DNA of 64,000 nucleotides from Candidatus Multivoradales bacterium (lineage in GTDB: Bacteria > Acidobacteriota > Thermoanaerobaculia > Multivoradales > Multivoraceae), in assembly GCA_965223325.1 (NCBI GenBank), contig CBDCWI010000002.1:3168001-3232000 (forward strand), written 5' to 3'. The position numbers were made by a program, and so were the translations under genes. The stretch's first letter is position 1, and each line of letters starts with the position of its first letter. Shown here piece after piece: positions 47,395 to 56,843 of this stretch. The notes under the pieces are model-generated. The model was not told where the DNA came from, searched no databases, and was given only the letters and a program-made list of their open reading frames with translations.

Positions 47395-50205
47395 CTAGGC
47401 GGATTCGCCGTTCGCGGTGGCCGTCTTCTTCTTGGCGACCTTCTTCTTGGCGCCCTTCTTCTTCGAGGCCTTCTTCCTGGCCCGCTTCTTCGCCTTCTTT
47501 TTCTTGGCCTTCTTCTTCGAGGCCTTCTTCTTCTTCTTGGCGCGCGGATCCTTACCCTGGTCGCGCAGCTTCTGCTCGCGTGCGTCAATCAGCTCAGCGG
47601 CAGCTTCGAGGTCGATGGTCTGAGGATCTCTGCCCTTGGGAATCGAAGCGTTGACGACGCCGTCGGTGACGTAGGGGCCGAAACGGCCATCCTTGATCTG
47701 CAACTCGAGCTCGGTGCGCGGATGGTTGCCGACGACCTTGAGCGGCGGGCGACTCTGGCGACCGCGCCGCTTGGGCTGTTTGAAGACCTCGATCGCGCCC
47801 GCGAGATCGATGGTGCGCATCTGCTCGTGGTTCTCGAGACTGCGCGAGTCGGTGCCCATCTTGAGATAGGGACCGTAGCGACCGTCCTGCGCGGTGATCA
47901 TCTCGTTGGTCTCGGGATGGGTACCGATCTCTTTGGGGAAAGAGAGCAGCATGATCGCCTGCTCGAGGGTCAGCGTGTCTTTCGACATGCCGGGCCATAG
48001 GCTGGCGGCCGGCGGCTTGGTGCCCTTTTTGATCTTGCCCTTGTCGTCGAGCTCGGGTTGGCCGAGCTGCACATAGTCACCGAAGCGACCGGTCTTGGCG
48101 TAAATCGGGGTGCCGCACTCGGGATGCTCGCCGAGCGGCCGGTCGCCTTCGGCGGCTTTAGCGAGGATCTCGTTAGCAACCTCGAGGGTCATCTCTTCGG
48201 GCGGGATGTCCTCGCGGATGGTCGCGCGAACGTCGCCGTCGCCACTCTGGACATAGGCACCGTAGCGACCGACCCGAACGGCGACGACCTCACCCTCGGA
48301 GTCCTCGCCCAGGGGCACGGAACAGATCTCGCGCGCATCGATCTTCTCCCAACCCGAACCGATCATGTTCTTGAGGCCACGCTCGCCCACCTCGTCCGCG
48401 TCATCGGGTGGCGTATCTTCGTTGGCGGGGATCTGGCCGCCGAAGTAGAAGTCGTGCAGCCATGGGTTCGCCTCGACGTCACCGCGTGCGATGGCATCGA
48501 GATCGTTCTCCATGCGAGCCGTGAAGTCGTAGTCGACAAGACCACCCAGGTGTTCTTCCAGGAGGCGCGTCACCGCAAAGGCTGTGAACGTCGGTACCAG
48601 GGCCGAGCCCTTCTTCCACACATAGCCGCGATCTTGGATCGTTTGAATGATCGAAGCGTAGGTCGACGGTCGGCCGATGCCACGTTCTTCGAGCTCCTTG
48701 ACCAGACTGGCCTCGGTGAACCGCGCCTTCGGCTGAGTGCTGTGGCCCTGTGGCTCGAGGTTTGACGCCGCGAGCTCTTTGCCGGCCTCGAGCGGCGGCA
48801 GGAGGCTCTCGTCGTCGTCGGAGTCTTTGCTGTTGTCACGGCTCTCGACGTAGACCTTGAGGAAGCCGGCGAAGCGCAGAACACGTCCCGAGGCCGAGAA
48901 CAACGTCTCTTCACCGTCATCGGTGGTGGCTTCGATCCGCGCGGTGGTGGTCAGGCCCTCGGCGTTCTTCATCTGGCTGGCGAGGGTGCGCTTCCAGATC
49001 AGCTCGTAGAGCTTCCAGGCATCGGGATCGAGCTCGCCCTCGAGCTCCTTCGGAGTCTTGAACTCGGCACCGGCTGGCCGGATCGCCTCATGCGCCTCCT
49101 GCGCGTTCTTCGCCTTGCCGGTGTACTTGCGCGCCTCTTCCGGCAGATAGTCGGCGCCGTACAGCTCCTTGATCTGCTCGCGCGCCGCCTCGATCGCCTG
49201 ACTCGAGAGCTGGACGGAGTCGGTGCGCATGTAGGTGATGTGGCCGTTCTCGTACAACCCCTGGGCGATCTGCATGGTGCGACGCGCCGTCAGACGCAGC
49301 TTGCGACTCGCCTCCTGCTGCAGGGTCGAGGTGATGAAAGGGGCGTAGGGCTTGCGCGTGAAAGGCCGCTCGCGGACTTCCCTGACCCGGAAAGGCACTC
49401 CCTCGAGTCCGGCGCGGAGCGCCATGACACGCGCTTCGTCGAGTGCGGTGACGTCGTTCTTGAGTTGGCCCTGGTCGTCAAAGTCGCGGCCCGTCGCGAC
49501 CTTCTTGCCACCGGCCTCGATCAGGCGGGCCGTGAAGCGACCGCCGAGATCGGCGTCGGACTTCTCAGTCGGTTCGAGTGTTGCTTCGAGGTCCCAGTAG
49601 TCGGCACTCCGGAAGGCGATTCGCAGACGCTCCCGATCGACAATCAGGCGGGTCGCCACCGACTGGACACGGCCGGCGGAAAGGCCGGTCTTGACCTTGC
49701 GCCACAGCACCGGCGAGACCTCGTAGCCGTAGAGGCGATCGAGGACGCGCCGCGCCTCTTGCGCGCTCACCAGGCGCTCGTCGATCTCGCGAGTGTTCTC
49801 GACTGCCTCGCGGATGGCCTCCTCGGTGATCTCGCCAAACACCATGCGACGCACCGGCACCTTGGGCGCTAAGACTTCGCGCAGGTGCCAGGCAATGGCT
49901 TCACCTTCGCGATCTTCATCAGTCGCGAGGTAGAGCTCCTCGGCGTTGGCAAGCTTTTTCTTGAGCTTCCGGATCTGCTCCTTCTTGGCCTTGGGCACCA
50001 CATAGAGCGGCTCGAAGTCTTCTTCGACGTTCACTCCCAGGCGCGACCAGGGTTGGCCCTTGTACTCCTTGGGAATCTCGTCGGCATTGGAAGGAAGGTC
50101 ACGCACGTGACCAATGGACGACTCGACCTCGAAGTCTTTTCCGAGGTACTTGGAGATGGTGCGAGCCTTCGCTGGGGACTCGACGATGACGAGAGCCTTA
50201 CTCAT
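47395..50205 (-). CDS. topA: DNA topoisomerase I (type IA) with Toprim_C repeats and a Lys-rich tail
   Basis: LVIVESPAK, ATDEDREGE, SAGRVQS, ITYMRTDS, QEAHEAIRP, GIGRPSTY; GRYG/GRFG C-terminal repeats; poly-K tail. Confidence 0.97.
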   Translation of the reverse strand: MSKALVIVESPAKARTISKYLGKDFEVESSIGHVRDLPSNADEIPKEYKGQPWSRLGVNVEEDFEPLYVVPKAKKEQIRKLKKKLANAEELYLATDEDREGEAIAWHLREVLAPKVPVRRMVFGEITEEAIREAVENTREIDERLVSAQEARRVLDRLYGYEVSPVLWRKVKTGLSAGRVQSVATRLIVDRERLRIAFRSADYWDLEATLEPTEKSDADLGGRFTARLIEAGGKKVATGRDFDDQGQLKNDVTALDEARVMALRAGLEGVPFRVREVRERPFTRKPYAPFITSTLQQEASRKLRLTARRTMQIAQGLYENGHITYMRTDSVQLSSQAIEAAREQIKELYGADYLPEEARKYTGKAKNAQEAHEAIRPAGAEFKTPKELEGELDPDAWKLYELIWKRTLASQMKNAEGLTTTARIEATTDDGEETLFSASGRVLRFAGFLKVYVESRDNSKDSDDDESLLPPLEAGKELAASNLEPQGHSTQPKARFTEASLVKELEERGIGRPSTYASIIQTIQDRGYVWKKGSALVPTFTAFAVTRLLEEHLGGLVDYDFTARMENDLDAIARGDVEANPWLHDFYFGGQIPANEDTPPDDADEVGERGLKNMIGSGWEKIDAREICSVPLGEDSEGEVVAVRVGRYGAYVQSGDGDVRATIREDIPPEEMTLEVANEILAKAAEGDRPLGEHPECGTPIYAKTGRFGDYVQLGQPELDDKGKIKKGTKPPAASLWPGMSKDTLTLEQAIMLLSFPKEIGTHPETNEMITAQDGRYGPYLKMGTDSRSLENHEQMRTIDLAGAIEVFKQPKRRGRQSRPPLKVVGNHPRTELELQIKDGRFGPYVTDGVVNASIPKGRDPQTIDLEAAAELIDAREQKLRDQGKDPRAKKKKKASKKKAKKKKAKKRARKKASKKKGAKKKVAKKKTATANGESA

Positions 50206-50518
50206 GGGCGAAAGACAATAGACGAAGCTGGCGCCCTTCTGTCAAGCGGCCGGCATTCGGAAGTCCGCAGACTGCGCACAAAAACCGCGAAGGAAGGCAA
50301 TGAGGACGGGCATCTGCGGCGACCGTGCCATCAGCAACTCTTGCCGCATGAGCCGATGCACTGCGACAACGAGAGGACGACGAGAGCGCCCCGGACTCTT
50401 CCATCGTGAACCTCGAGACCAGCCGAGTAACCGCGACTCTGCTGGGACAGAATGGAAGCCCAACGCCCGCCGACCCCCTTCTGCGACCCGAGCCATGGCA
50501 CACCCAACTCTGAACTGA

Positions 50519-51877
50519 ATGAACGACGCCCCTCCAGAGATCGATGTCGTCGGAGCCGGACTCGCCGGCACCGAGTGCGCCTGGCAGCTCGCCGAACGCG
50601 GCTACCGAGTCCGGCTGTATGAAATGCGACCGGAACGAAAGACTGCCGCGCACAAGACCGGCGACCTGGCGGAGCTGGTGTGCTCGAATTCGCTGCGCTC
50701 GGACGACCCGGAGCACGCCGCCGGTCTGCTCAAGCGCGAGATGGAACGCTTCTCATCCCTGGTGATCGCCACAGCGCGGGCCGCCGCGGTCCCCGCAGGA
50801 TCGGCACTGGCGGTCGATCGCTCACGGTTCGCGGCACTCGTCACCGAACGCATCACGTCGCATCCTCTCATCGACGTGCGGCGCGAGGAGGTCGCCGAGA
50901 TTCCCGACGGGCCCGTTGTTCTAGCGACCGGGCCGCTCACTTCCGACCGTCTCGCGGCGTCGCTAGGCGATCTCCTGGGTAGCGAGTATCTGTACTTCTA
51001 CGACGCCATCGCGCCGATCGTCGAAGGTGACAGCCTGGACTACGATGTCCTCTTCCGGGGCTCGCGGTGGGGAAAAGGCGAGGGTGACGACTACCTCAAC
51101 GCCCCGATGACCGAAGATCAATACGACCGCTTCTACGACGCGCTCATTGCAGCCGACACCGTCGAACCGCACGAGTTCGAGAAGAAGCTGTTCTTCGAAG
51201 GTTGCCTGCCGATCGAGGAGATGGCCCGGCGCGGCCGGCAGACGCTCTGCTTCGGGCCGCTGAAGCCGGTTGGCCTGGAACCGCCCGGCGGCTGGCGACC
51301 GCATGCCGTCGTGCAACTCCGTCAGGAAGACCTGGCGCGTTCGCAGTACAACCTGGTGGGCTTTCAGTCGCGCATGAGCTGGGGCGACCAGAGGCGCGTT
51401 CTGCGAATGATCCCTGGGCTCGAGAAGGCAGAGTTCGTCCGCCTCGGCCAGATCCACCGCAATACCTTCATCAACGCACCGCTCCACCTGGATCCCTTCT
51501 ATCGCATCAAAGCGCGGCCCGAGGTGCGCTTGGCAGGGCAGATCACCGGCGTCGAGGGCTACCTCGAGTCGGCCGCGACGGGCCTTCTGGTCGCGCTCTA
51601 CCTCACCCTCGAAGACGCCGCCGGTTCGACGGGCGCCACCGTCGAACCGCTGCCCGCCACGACCGCCCTCGGCGCAATGACACGCCATCTCATCGAGTCT
51701 CCGGCCAAGAACTTTCAGCCGGCCAACATCAACTACGGCCTCTTCACGCCGCTCGCGGGCCGAATCAAGAAGCGCGACCGGCGCGCAGCCTATACGAGGC
51801 GTGCGCACGAGGCCCTGGATGGCTGGATCAAGCGCCAGCCCGTCAACCTCGCCAACGAAACGCCAGTGCTCGCCTGA
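50519..51877 (+). CDS. trmFO: tRNA (uracil-54) methyltransferase TrmFO
   Basis: GAGLAGTECAWQLA, AELVCSNS, ATGPLT, YFYDAIAP, FEGCLPIE, HRNTFIN, AGQITGVEGY. Confidence 0.96.
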   Translation: MNDAPPEIDVVGAGLAGTECAWQLAERGYRVRLYEMRPERKTAAHKTGDLAELVCSNSLRSDDPEHAAGLLKREMERFSSLVIATARAAAVPAGSALAVDRSRFAALVTERITSHPLIDVRREEVAEIPDGPVVLATGPLTSDRLAASLGDLLGSEYLYFYDAIAPIVEGDSLDYDVLFRGSRWGKGEGDDYLNAPMTEDQYDRFYDALIAADTVEPHEFEKKLFFEGCLPIEEMARRGRQTLCFGPLKPVGLEPPGGWRPHAVVQLRQEDLARSQYNLVGFQSRMSWGDQRRVLRMIPGLEKAEFVRLGQIHRNTFINAPLHLDPFYRIKARPEVRLAGQITGVEGYLESAATGLLVALYLTLEDAAGSTGATVEPLPATTALGAMTRHLIESPAKNFQPANINYGLFTPLAGRIKKRDRRAAYTRRAHEALDGWIKRQPVNLANETPVLA

Positions 51878-51886
51878 GGACGCGGC

Positions 51887-52879
51887 ATGAAACTCAACCG
51901 ACTGATCTTCCTCTACCTCGAACATCTCGAGCTCGAGCGGAACCTATCGCCGCACACACTGCGGGCGTATCAGGGCGACCTGGCGCGCTTCGCCGACTTC
52001 ATCGACGGCCAGTACGACGACGGTGTGGCCTGCCCGGTGGCCGATGTCGACGCGCTTCTGGTGCGCTCCTGGATCGCGTCTCTAGAGCGCAGCGGTCTGG
52101 CGCGCTCGAGTCAGGGGCGGGCTCTTTCTGCCGTGCGCGGCATGTTCCGGTACGCCTGCCAGGAAGCGATCGCCGAGCACAACCCCGCCGGCGCGGTCGC
52201 CACACCGCGTGCACCTCGCAACCTGCCCCGCCACCTGCGCCCAGGTGAGATCGAGAACCTGCTCGATGCCCCAACCGGAGAGGAAGGTGCACTCGCCCTG
52301 CGCGACCAGGCGGCGCTCGAGGTCCTGTACGCCACCGGGCTGCGGGTTGGCGAGCTGGTGTCGCTCGACTGGCCTGAAATCGATCTCGAGGCGCGGGTGC
52401 TGCGTGTGCTCGGAAAAGGCGGACGGGAGCGCATGGCGCCTTTCGGCCGCAACGCAAGAGAAGCACTCGAACGCTGGCGTGGCGTCTGGCCGGCTGTGCG
52501 TGCCGGCAGCGGGGCCGGCCAGAGCACCAGTGATGACCTCGAACTCGAGCCGGTGTTTCTGAACTACCGCGGCGGGCGGCTGACTGCCCGGTCGATCCGG
52601 CGCATCATCGATCGTTGGGTTGACGCGGCAGCGGTGGTGCGCGGCGTCCACCCGCACGCCCTGAGGCACAGCTTCGCCACCCATCTCCTCGAGGCCGGAG
52701 CCGACCTGCGCTCGATTCAGGAGCTCCTCGGCCATGCATCTTTGGCGACCACACAGAAGTACACTCATGTGGAAGTCGATCGTCTCCTCCGCGTCTACCG
52801 CGACGCCCACCCCCGAGCACGTGGCGGCGAGACCGCCGGTTCGCCCCTTGACGCTCGGGACGCCCACTTGGAAGAGTGA
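51887..52879 (+). CDS. xerC: Tyrosine recombinase XerC
   Basis: SPHTLRAY, LYATGLRVGEL, GKGGRER, HPHALRHSFATH, LLGHASLATTQKYTH; trmFO-xerC-hslVU context. Confidence 0.9.
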   Translation: MKLNRLIFLYLEHLELERNLSPHTLRAYQGDLARFADFIDGQYDDGVACPVADVDALLVRSWIASLERSGLARSSQGRALSAVRGMFRYACQEAIAEHNPAGAVATPRAPRNLPRHLRPGEIENLLDAPTGEEGALALRDQAALEVLYATGLRVGELVSLDWPEIDLEARVLRVLGKGGRERMAPFGRNAREALERWRGVWPAVRAGSGAGQSTSDDLELEPVFLNYRGGRLTARSIRRIIDRWVDAAAVVRGVHPHALRHSFATHLLEAGADLRSIQELLGHASLATTQKYTHVEVDRLLRVYRDAHPRARGGETAGSPLDARDAHLEE

Positions 52880-52885
52880 AGGGTC

Positions 52886-53791
52886 ATGTTCGAAGAGCAC
52901 CACATCCAGCGTTATCACGCCGAACGCCCGCGGAGTCGGGCCGTTCTGGCGGTCTTCTTGGCCTTCCTGGCCACCGCCGGGCTCGCTTGTTCCAAGTCGG
53001 AGGCAGCGGCAGGCTCCAACCAGCAGCAGGCGTCGAACCTCGACGAGATCGACCTGCTCGGTTTTGAGCTCACCAACCAGTACAAACTGATCGTCGGCCA
53101 CGACGAAGATCCCAACGCCGAGATCTGGCAACTGCGCAATCCCGCCTCGATTCTCGTCGTGTCCGAGAAGCTACCGACGTCAGTGTTGCTGAGAGTCGAA
53201 AGCCGGCGAGTGTCGACGGTCGCCAAGGACGGGCTCGCACCGGGAGACGGCGTGATGTCGGTGCCCGCGGCCGCTATCGGTGAGACCATCACGCGCTTCG
53301 TTCCCAGCCAGGGAGAGGTGGCGTTCTCATGGCGCGGCACCATGACTCGGCTAGTGCTCGACGTTCCCGAACCGTTGGTGGGCGAGAAAACGCGCGCAGA
53401 ACTCTTCGAACACAGCCCGGACTACCAGACGAAGGCGAAGGCCTACCGCAGCGAAGCGGCGCTCCTCCAACGCTTCCAGGACGCCCCCGGGAAGAAGCGT
53501 GTGCTGGCGGTCTTCGCAACCTGGTGCGGGGTCTGTAAGACCTTCCTTCCCAACCTCATCCGCGTCTCCCAGGATCTCGATGGTTCAGGGATCGACTTCG
53601 ACTGGCTGGGGATCCCCGACTGGAACTACCCGAAGGTCAAGGAACTGAACGTCAATTCGCTGCCCACCGCCATCGTCTACGTCGACGGCAAAGAAGTAGG
53701 CCGCTTCTCAGGTGGCAAGGCCTTTGATCGCATTGAGCGTTCGTTGGTCGATGCGCTGTCGGGCGGTGGCGCGCCGAGCGGCGGTCAGTGA
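52886..53791 (+). CDS. Probable lipoprotein with C-terminal thioredoxin domain
   Basis: Hydrophobic stretch ending GLA-C; FATWCGVC; cis-Pro loop SLPTAIVYVDGKEVGRF. Confidence 0.8.
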   Translation: MFEEHHIQRYHAERPRSRAVLAVFLAFLATAGLACSKSEAAAGSNQQQASNLDEIDLLGFELTNQYKLIVGHDEDPNAEIWQLRNPASILVVSEKLPTSVLLRVESRRVSTVAKDGLAPGDGVMSVPAAAIGETITRFVPSQGEVAFSWRGTMTRLVLDVPEPLVGEKTRAELFEHSPDYQTKAKAYRSEAALLQRFQDAPGKKRVLAVFATWCGVCKTFLPNLIRVSQDLDGSGIDFDWLGIPDWNYPKVKELNVNSLPTAIVYVDGKEVGRFSGGKAFDRIERSLVDALSGGGAPSGGQ

Positions 53792-54369
53792 CCCGGTCGA
53801 GCCACCCGCCCCGTCTGCACGCCACCACCATCCTGCTGGTACGTCAGGGTGGAACGACCTGCATGATCAGTGACGGGCAGGTCACCAATGGGGCGAGCCA
53901 CACGGTCGTCAAGTCGACTGCTAGCAAGGTCAAGCGCGCCGGCAAAGACGGCTCGGTGCTGGTCGGCTTCGCCGGTGGTGGCGCCGACGCCCTGACCCTC
54001 TTCACTCGTTTCGAGTCAAAACTCGAGGAGTTCCAGGGCAACTTCGACCGTGCGGTCATCGAACTGGCCATGGACTGGCGCACCGATCGGGTGCTGCGTC
54101 ATCTCGAAGCCCAGATGATTGTCGCCAATGGCCAGAAGGCGTTCCTGGTCATGGGCAACGGCGACCTGCTCGAGCCAGACGACGGCATCGTGGCGATCGG
54201 CTCGGGAGGCAATTTCGCGCTCGCGGCCGCACGGGCTCTGCGCACTCACACCGAGCTCGACGCCCTTGCCCTGGCGAGGGCGGCGATGGGCATCGCTGCG
54301 GAGCTGTGCGTCTACACCAACGACCAGTTCACTGTCGAATCTGTGGTCGCGAGCGAGCCTTCGCCTTGA
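53788..54369 (+). CDS. hslV: ATP-dependent protease subunit HslV
   Basis: HATTIL (catalytic Thr), DGQVT, GFAG, WRTDR, IGSGGNFA, CVYTN. Confidence 0.95.
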   Translation: MTRSSHPPRLHATTILLVRQGGTTCMISDGQVTNGASHTVVKSTASKVKRAGKDGSVLVGFAGGGADALTLFTRFESKLEEFQGNFDRAVIELAMDWRTDRVLRHLEAQMIVANGQKAFLVMGNGDLLEPDDGIVAIGSGGNFALAAARALRTHTELDALALARAAMGIAAELCVYTNDQFTVESVVASEPSP

Positions 54370-55730
54370 GCCAGATTCCCCTCGAAAGCCTGACACCGCG
54401 GGGAACCGTCGCGCAATTGGATCTGCACGTCGTCGGGCAACACCGGGCCAAGCGTGCAGTCGCCATCGCGCTGCGGAATCGCTGGAGGCGGCAGCAACTA
54501 CCTCCCGAAGTCGCCGACGACATCACTCCCAAGAACATTTTGATGATCGGGCCCACCGGCGTCGGCAAGACCGAAATCGCGCGCCGGCTGGCGAAGCTAG
54601 CCCGCGCCCCACTGATCAAGATCGAAGCCAGCAAGTTCACCGAGGTGGGCTACGTTGGCCGCGATGTGGAGTCGATCATTCGCGACCTGGTCGACATGGC
54701 GATTTCGATGGTGCGCGAGGAGAAGAAGGAAGCTGTGCGTGCCGAAGCACAGAAGCGCACCGAGGAGGCCCTGCTCGACCTCCTCCTGCCCGGCAGCGCG
54801 GCTGGCTTCTCGACCGCCGGCGGCGAGGTCGAACCCGACTCACAGCACTATACGCGCGAGAAGCTGCGGCAGAAGCTCGCGGAAGGGGCTCTCGACACGC
54901 GTGAAGTCGAGATCGAAATCGAGGACGACGGAATGCCCCAGATCGAAATGCTCGGCGGCCAGGGTGCCGAAACCATCGGCTTCAACATCAAGGACATGAT
55001 GCCCGGGCTGTTCTCGCGCAAGCAGAAGCGCACCGTGCCGGTCGCTGAGGCACGGCGGCTGCTCGAGCAGCAGGAGGCCGAACGCCTGGTCGATCGCCAG
55101 AGCACCAACGACGAAGCGCGCCGAAGGGTCGAAGAGAGTGGCATCGTATTCCTAGACGAGATCGACAAGATTTGCGGTCGCCAGGGCGGCAAGGGAGGGG
55201 GCGGACCCGACGTCTCCCGTGAGGGTGTACAGCGCGACCTCTTGCCAATCGTTGAAGGCACCACGGTTTCGACGCGCTACGGCCTGGTCAAGACCGACCA
55301 CATTCTCTTCATCGGTGCCGGCGCCTTCCACGTCGCCAAGCCGTCAGACATGATCCCCGAGCTCCAGGGCCGTTTCCCCATCCGGGTCGAGCTCGACGCG
55401 CTCACCGAAGACGACTTCGTAGCCATTCTCACCGAGCCCAAGAGTGCGCTCACTCGCCAGTACCGCGATCTGCTCGCTACCGAAGACGTCAGCATCGAGT
55501 TCACACCGGAAGCCATCCGCGAGATTGCTCGCATGGCGGCCCTGGTCAACACGCAGACGGAAAACATCGGTGCGCGCCGGCTCGCCACCCTGGTCGAGCG
55601 CATTCTCGAGGAGGTTTCGTTCGAAGCACCCGATATGGCGGGTGTTACTCTGACGATCGATGTTCCCTATGTTCGGGAGGCCCTCGCTGGCCTGGTCGAG
55701 GACAAAGACTTGAGCCGATATGTCTTGTGA
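54366..55730 (+). CDS. hslU: ATP-dependent protease ATPase subunit HslU
   Basis: LTPR, GPTGVGKTE, EVGYVGRD, FLDEIDK, GVQRDLLP, ELQGRFP, NIGARRL; TTG overlaps the hslV stop. Confidence 0.96.
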   Translation: MSQIPLESLTPRGTVAQLDLHVVGQHRAKRAVAIALRNRWRRQQLPPEVADDITPKNILMIGPTGVGKTEIARRLAKLARAPLIKIEASKFTEVGYVGRDVESIIRDLVDMAISMVREEKKEAVRAEAQKRTEEALLDLLLPGSAAGFSTAGGEVEPDSQHYTREKLRQKLAEGALDTREVEIEIEDDGMPQIEMLGGQGAETIGFNIKDMMPGLFSRKQKRTVPVAEARRLLEQQEAERLVDRQSTNDEARRRVEESGIVFLDEIDKICGRQGGKGGGGPDVSREGVQRDLLPIVEGTTVSTRYGLVKTDHILFIGAGAFHVAKPSDMIPELQGRFPIRVELDALTEDDFVAILTEPKSALTRQYRDLLATEDVSIEFTPEAIREIARMAALVNTQTENIGARRLATLVERILEEVSFEAPDMAGVTLTIDVPYVREALAGLVEDKDLSRYVL

Positions 55731-56817
55731 GCCCCCACTTTCGAGCCGCGCCAGCGCGTGCCGAACCAGCACGGCTCCCCTCTGGTTCGTAGCGCTCCTC
55801 CTGGCTCTGGTGAGTTTTGGCTGTGGCAAGAAGGGCGACCCGCTACCCCCGCTGCGCAGCACGCCCGCCCCGACCACCGACCTGTCGGTACATCAGCAGG
55901 GAAGCACCCTGATCTTCCGCCTCGGCTATCCCCAGACGACCGCCAGCGGACAGACCTTGAGCGGCCTACGCTCGCTACAGGTCTGGGAAATGGTGGCGCC
56001 GGTTGCCGATCCTGGCCGTCTACCCGAAGTCGATGCACGCCAGTTCGCCGGCGCTGCCGAGCCCATTCTGAGCATCGAAGGTGCGGAGCTCGACAGCTCG
56101 GTCGTTGGCAACCGAATGGAGACCCGCTTCCCGATCACCAGCGTGCCAGAGACGCCCGAATTGCACGTCTTTGCAATCCGCACCTTTTCACTCGACGACG
56201 AGGAGTCCGACTTCTCCAATCTGGTTCGCCTGGTGCTCCGGCCGGCGACCGAACCGCCGCAGGCCTTCAGCGTTCGTCCACTTGCCGACGGTGTGGAACT
56301 GACCTGGCAGACCCAAGCCGATGCTCACGGCTTTCACGTCTACCGTCGCCTGGCGACCGAGCGTAACTTCGGCCCGCCGATCGCGGTCGTCCTTAACGAC
56401 CTGCGGCACTTCGTCGACGAGGGAGCTCGTTACGACCAGCGCTACATCTACACCCTGCGGGCGATTGTGCAGCCAAAGCCCCTGGTCGAGACGGCGGCTT
56501 CGGCGGAAGTCGAGATCGACTACCGGGATCGTTTCGCTCCCGCTGCCCCGACCGAGCTGGTGGCCCTGGCGGAAACTGGCAGGGTGCGCCTGGTCTGGCG
56601 CGAAAGCACGTCGATCGATACCACGGGCTACATCGTCTACCGTCGCAACCCGGGTGAGAGCAACTTCCGCCGCCTGGACGACGACCCGGTCACCGAAACC
56701 GTCTACATCGATGACGGCCTCACCGCGGGGCGCAGCTTCGACTATCGCGTGACCGCGGTTGACGCTGCCGGCAACGAGGGCGAGCCGTCGGCCGTCGCGA
56801 CCGCCGTCCCAGACTAA
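55720..56817 (+). CDS. Lipoprotein with fibronectin type III domains
   Basis: Lipobox FGC followed by GKKGDPLPP; FN3 motifs GYIVYRR, YRVTAVDAAGNEG. Confidence 0.82.
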   Translation: MSCEPPLSSRASACRTSTAPLWFVALLLALVSFGCGKKGDPLPPLRSTPAPTTDLSVHQQGSTLIFRLGYPQTTASGQTLSGLRSLQVWEMVAPVADPGRLPEVDARQFAGAAEPILSIEGAELDSSVVGNRMETRFPITSVPETPELHVFAIRTFSLDDEESDFSNLVRLVLRPATEPPQAFSVRPLADGVELTWQTQADAHGFHVYRRLATERNFGPPIAVVLNDLRHFVDEGARYDQRYIYTLRAIVQPKPLVETAASAEVEIDYRDRFAPAAPTELVALAETGRVRLVWRESTSIDTTGYIVYRRNPGESNFRRLDDDPVTETVYIDDGLTAGRSFDYRVTAVDAAGNEGEPSAVATAVPD

Positions 56818-56843
56818 AGCCCTTGGACTAGACTCCCGGTCCC

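Noticed and set aside
51887-52879. Prophage or island integrase
   Set aside because: Housekeeping trmFO-xerC-hslVU context; no att sites or phage genes
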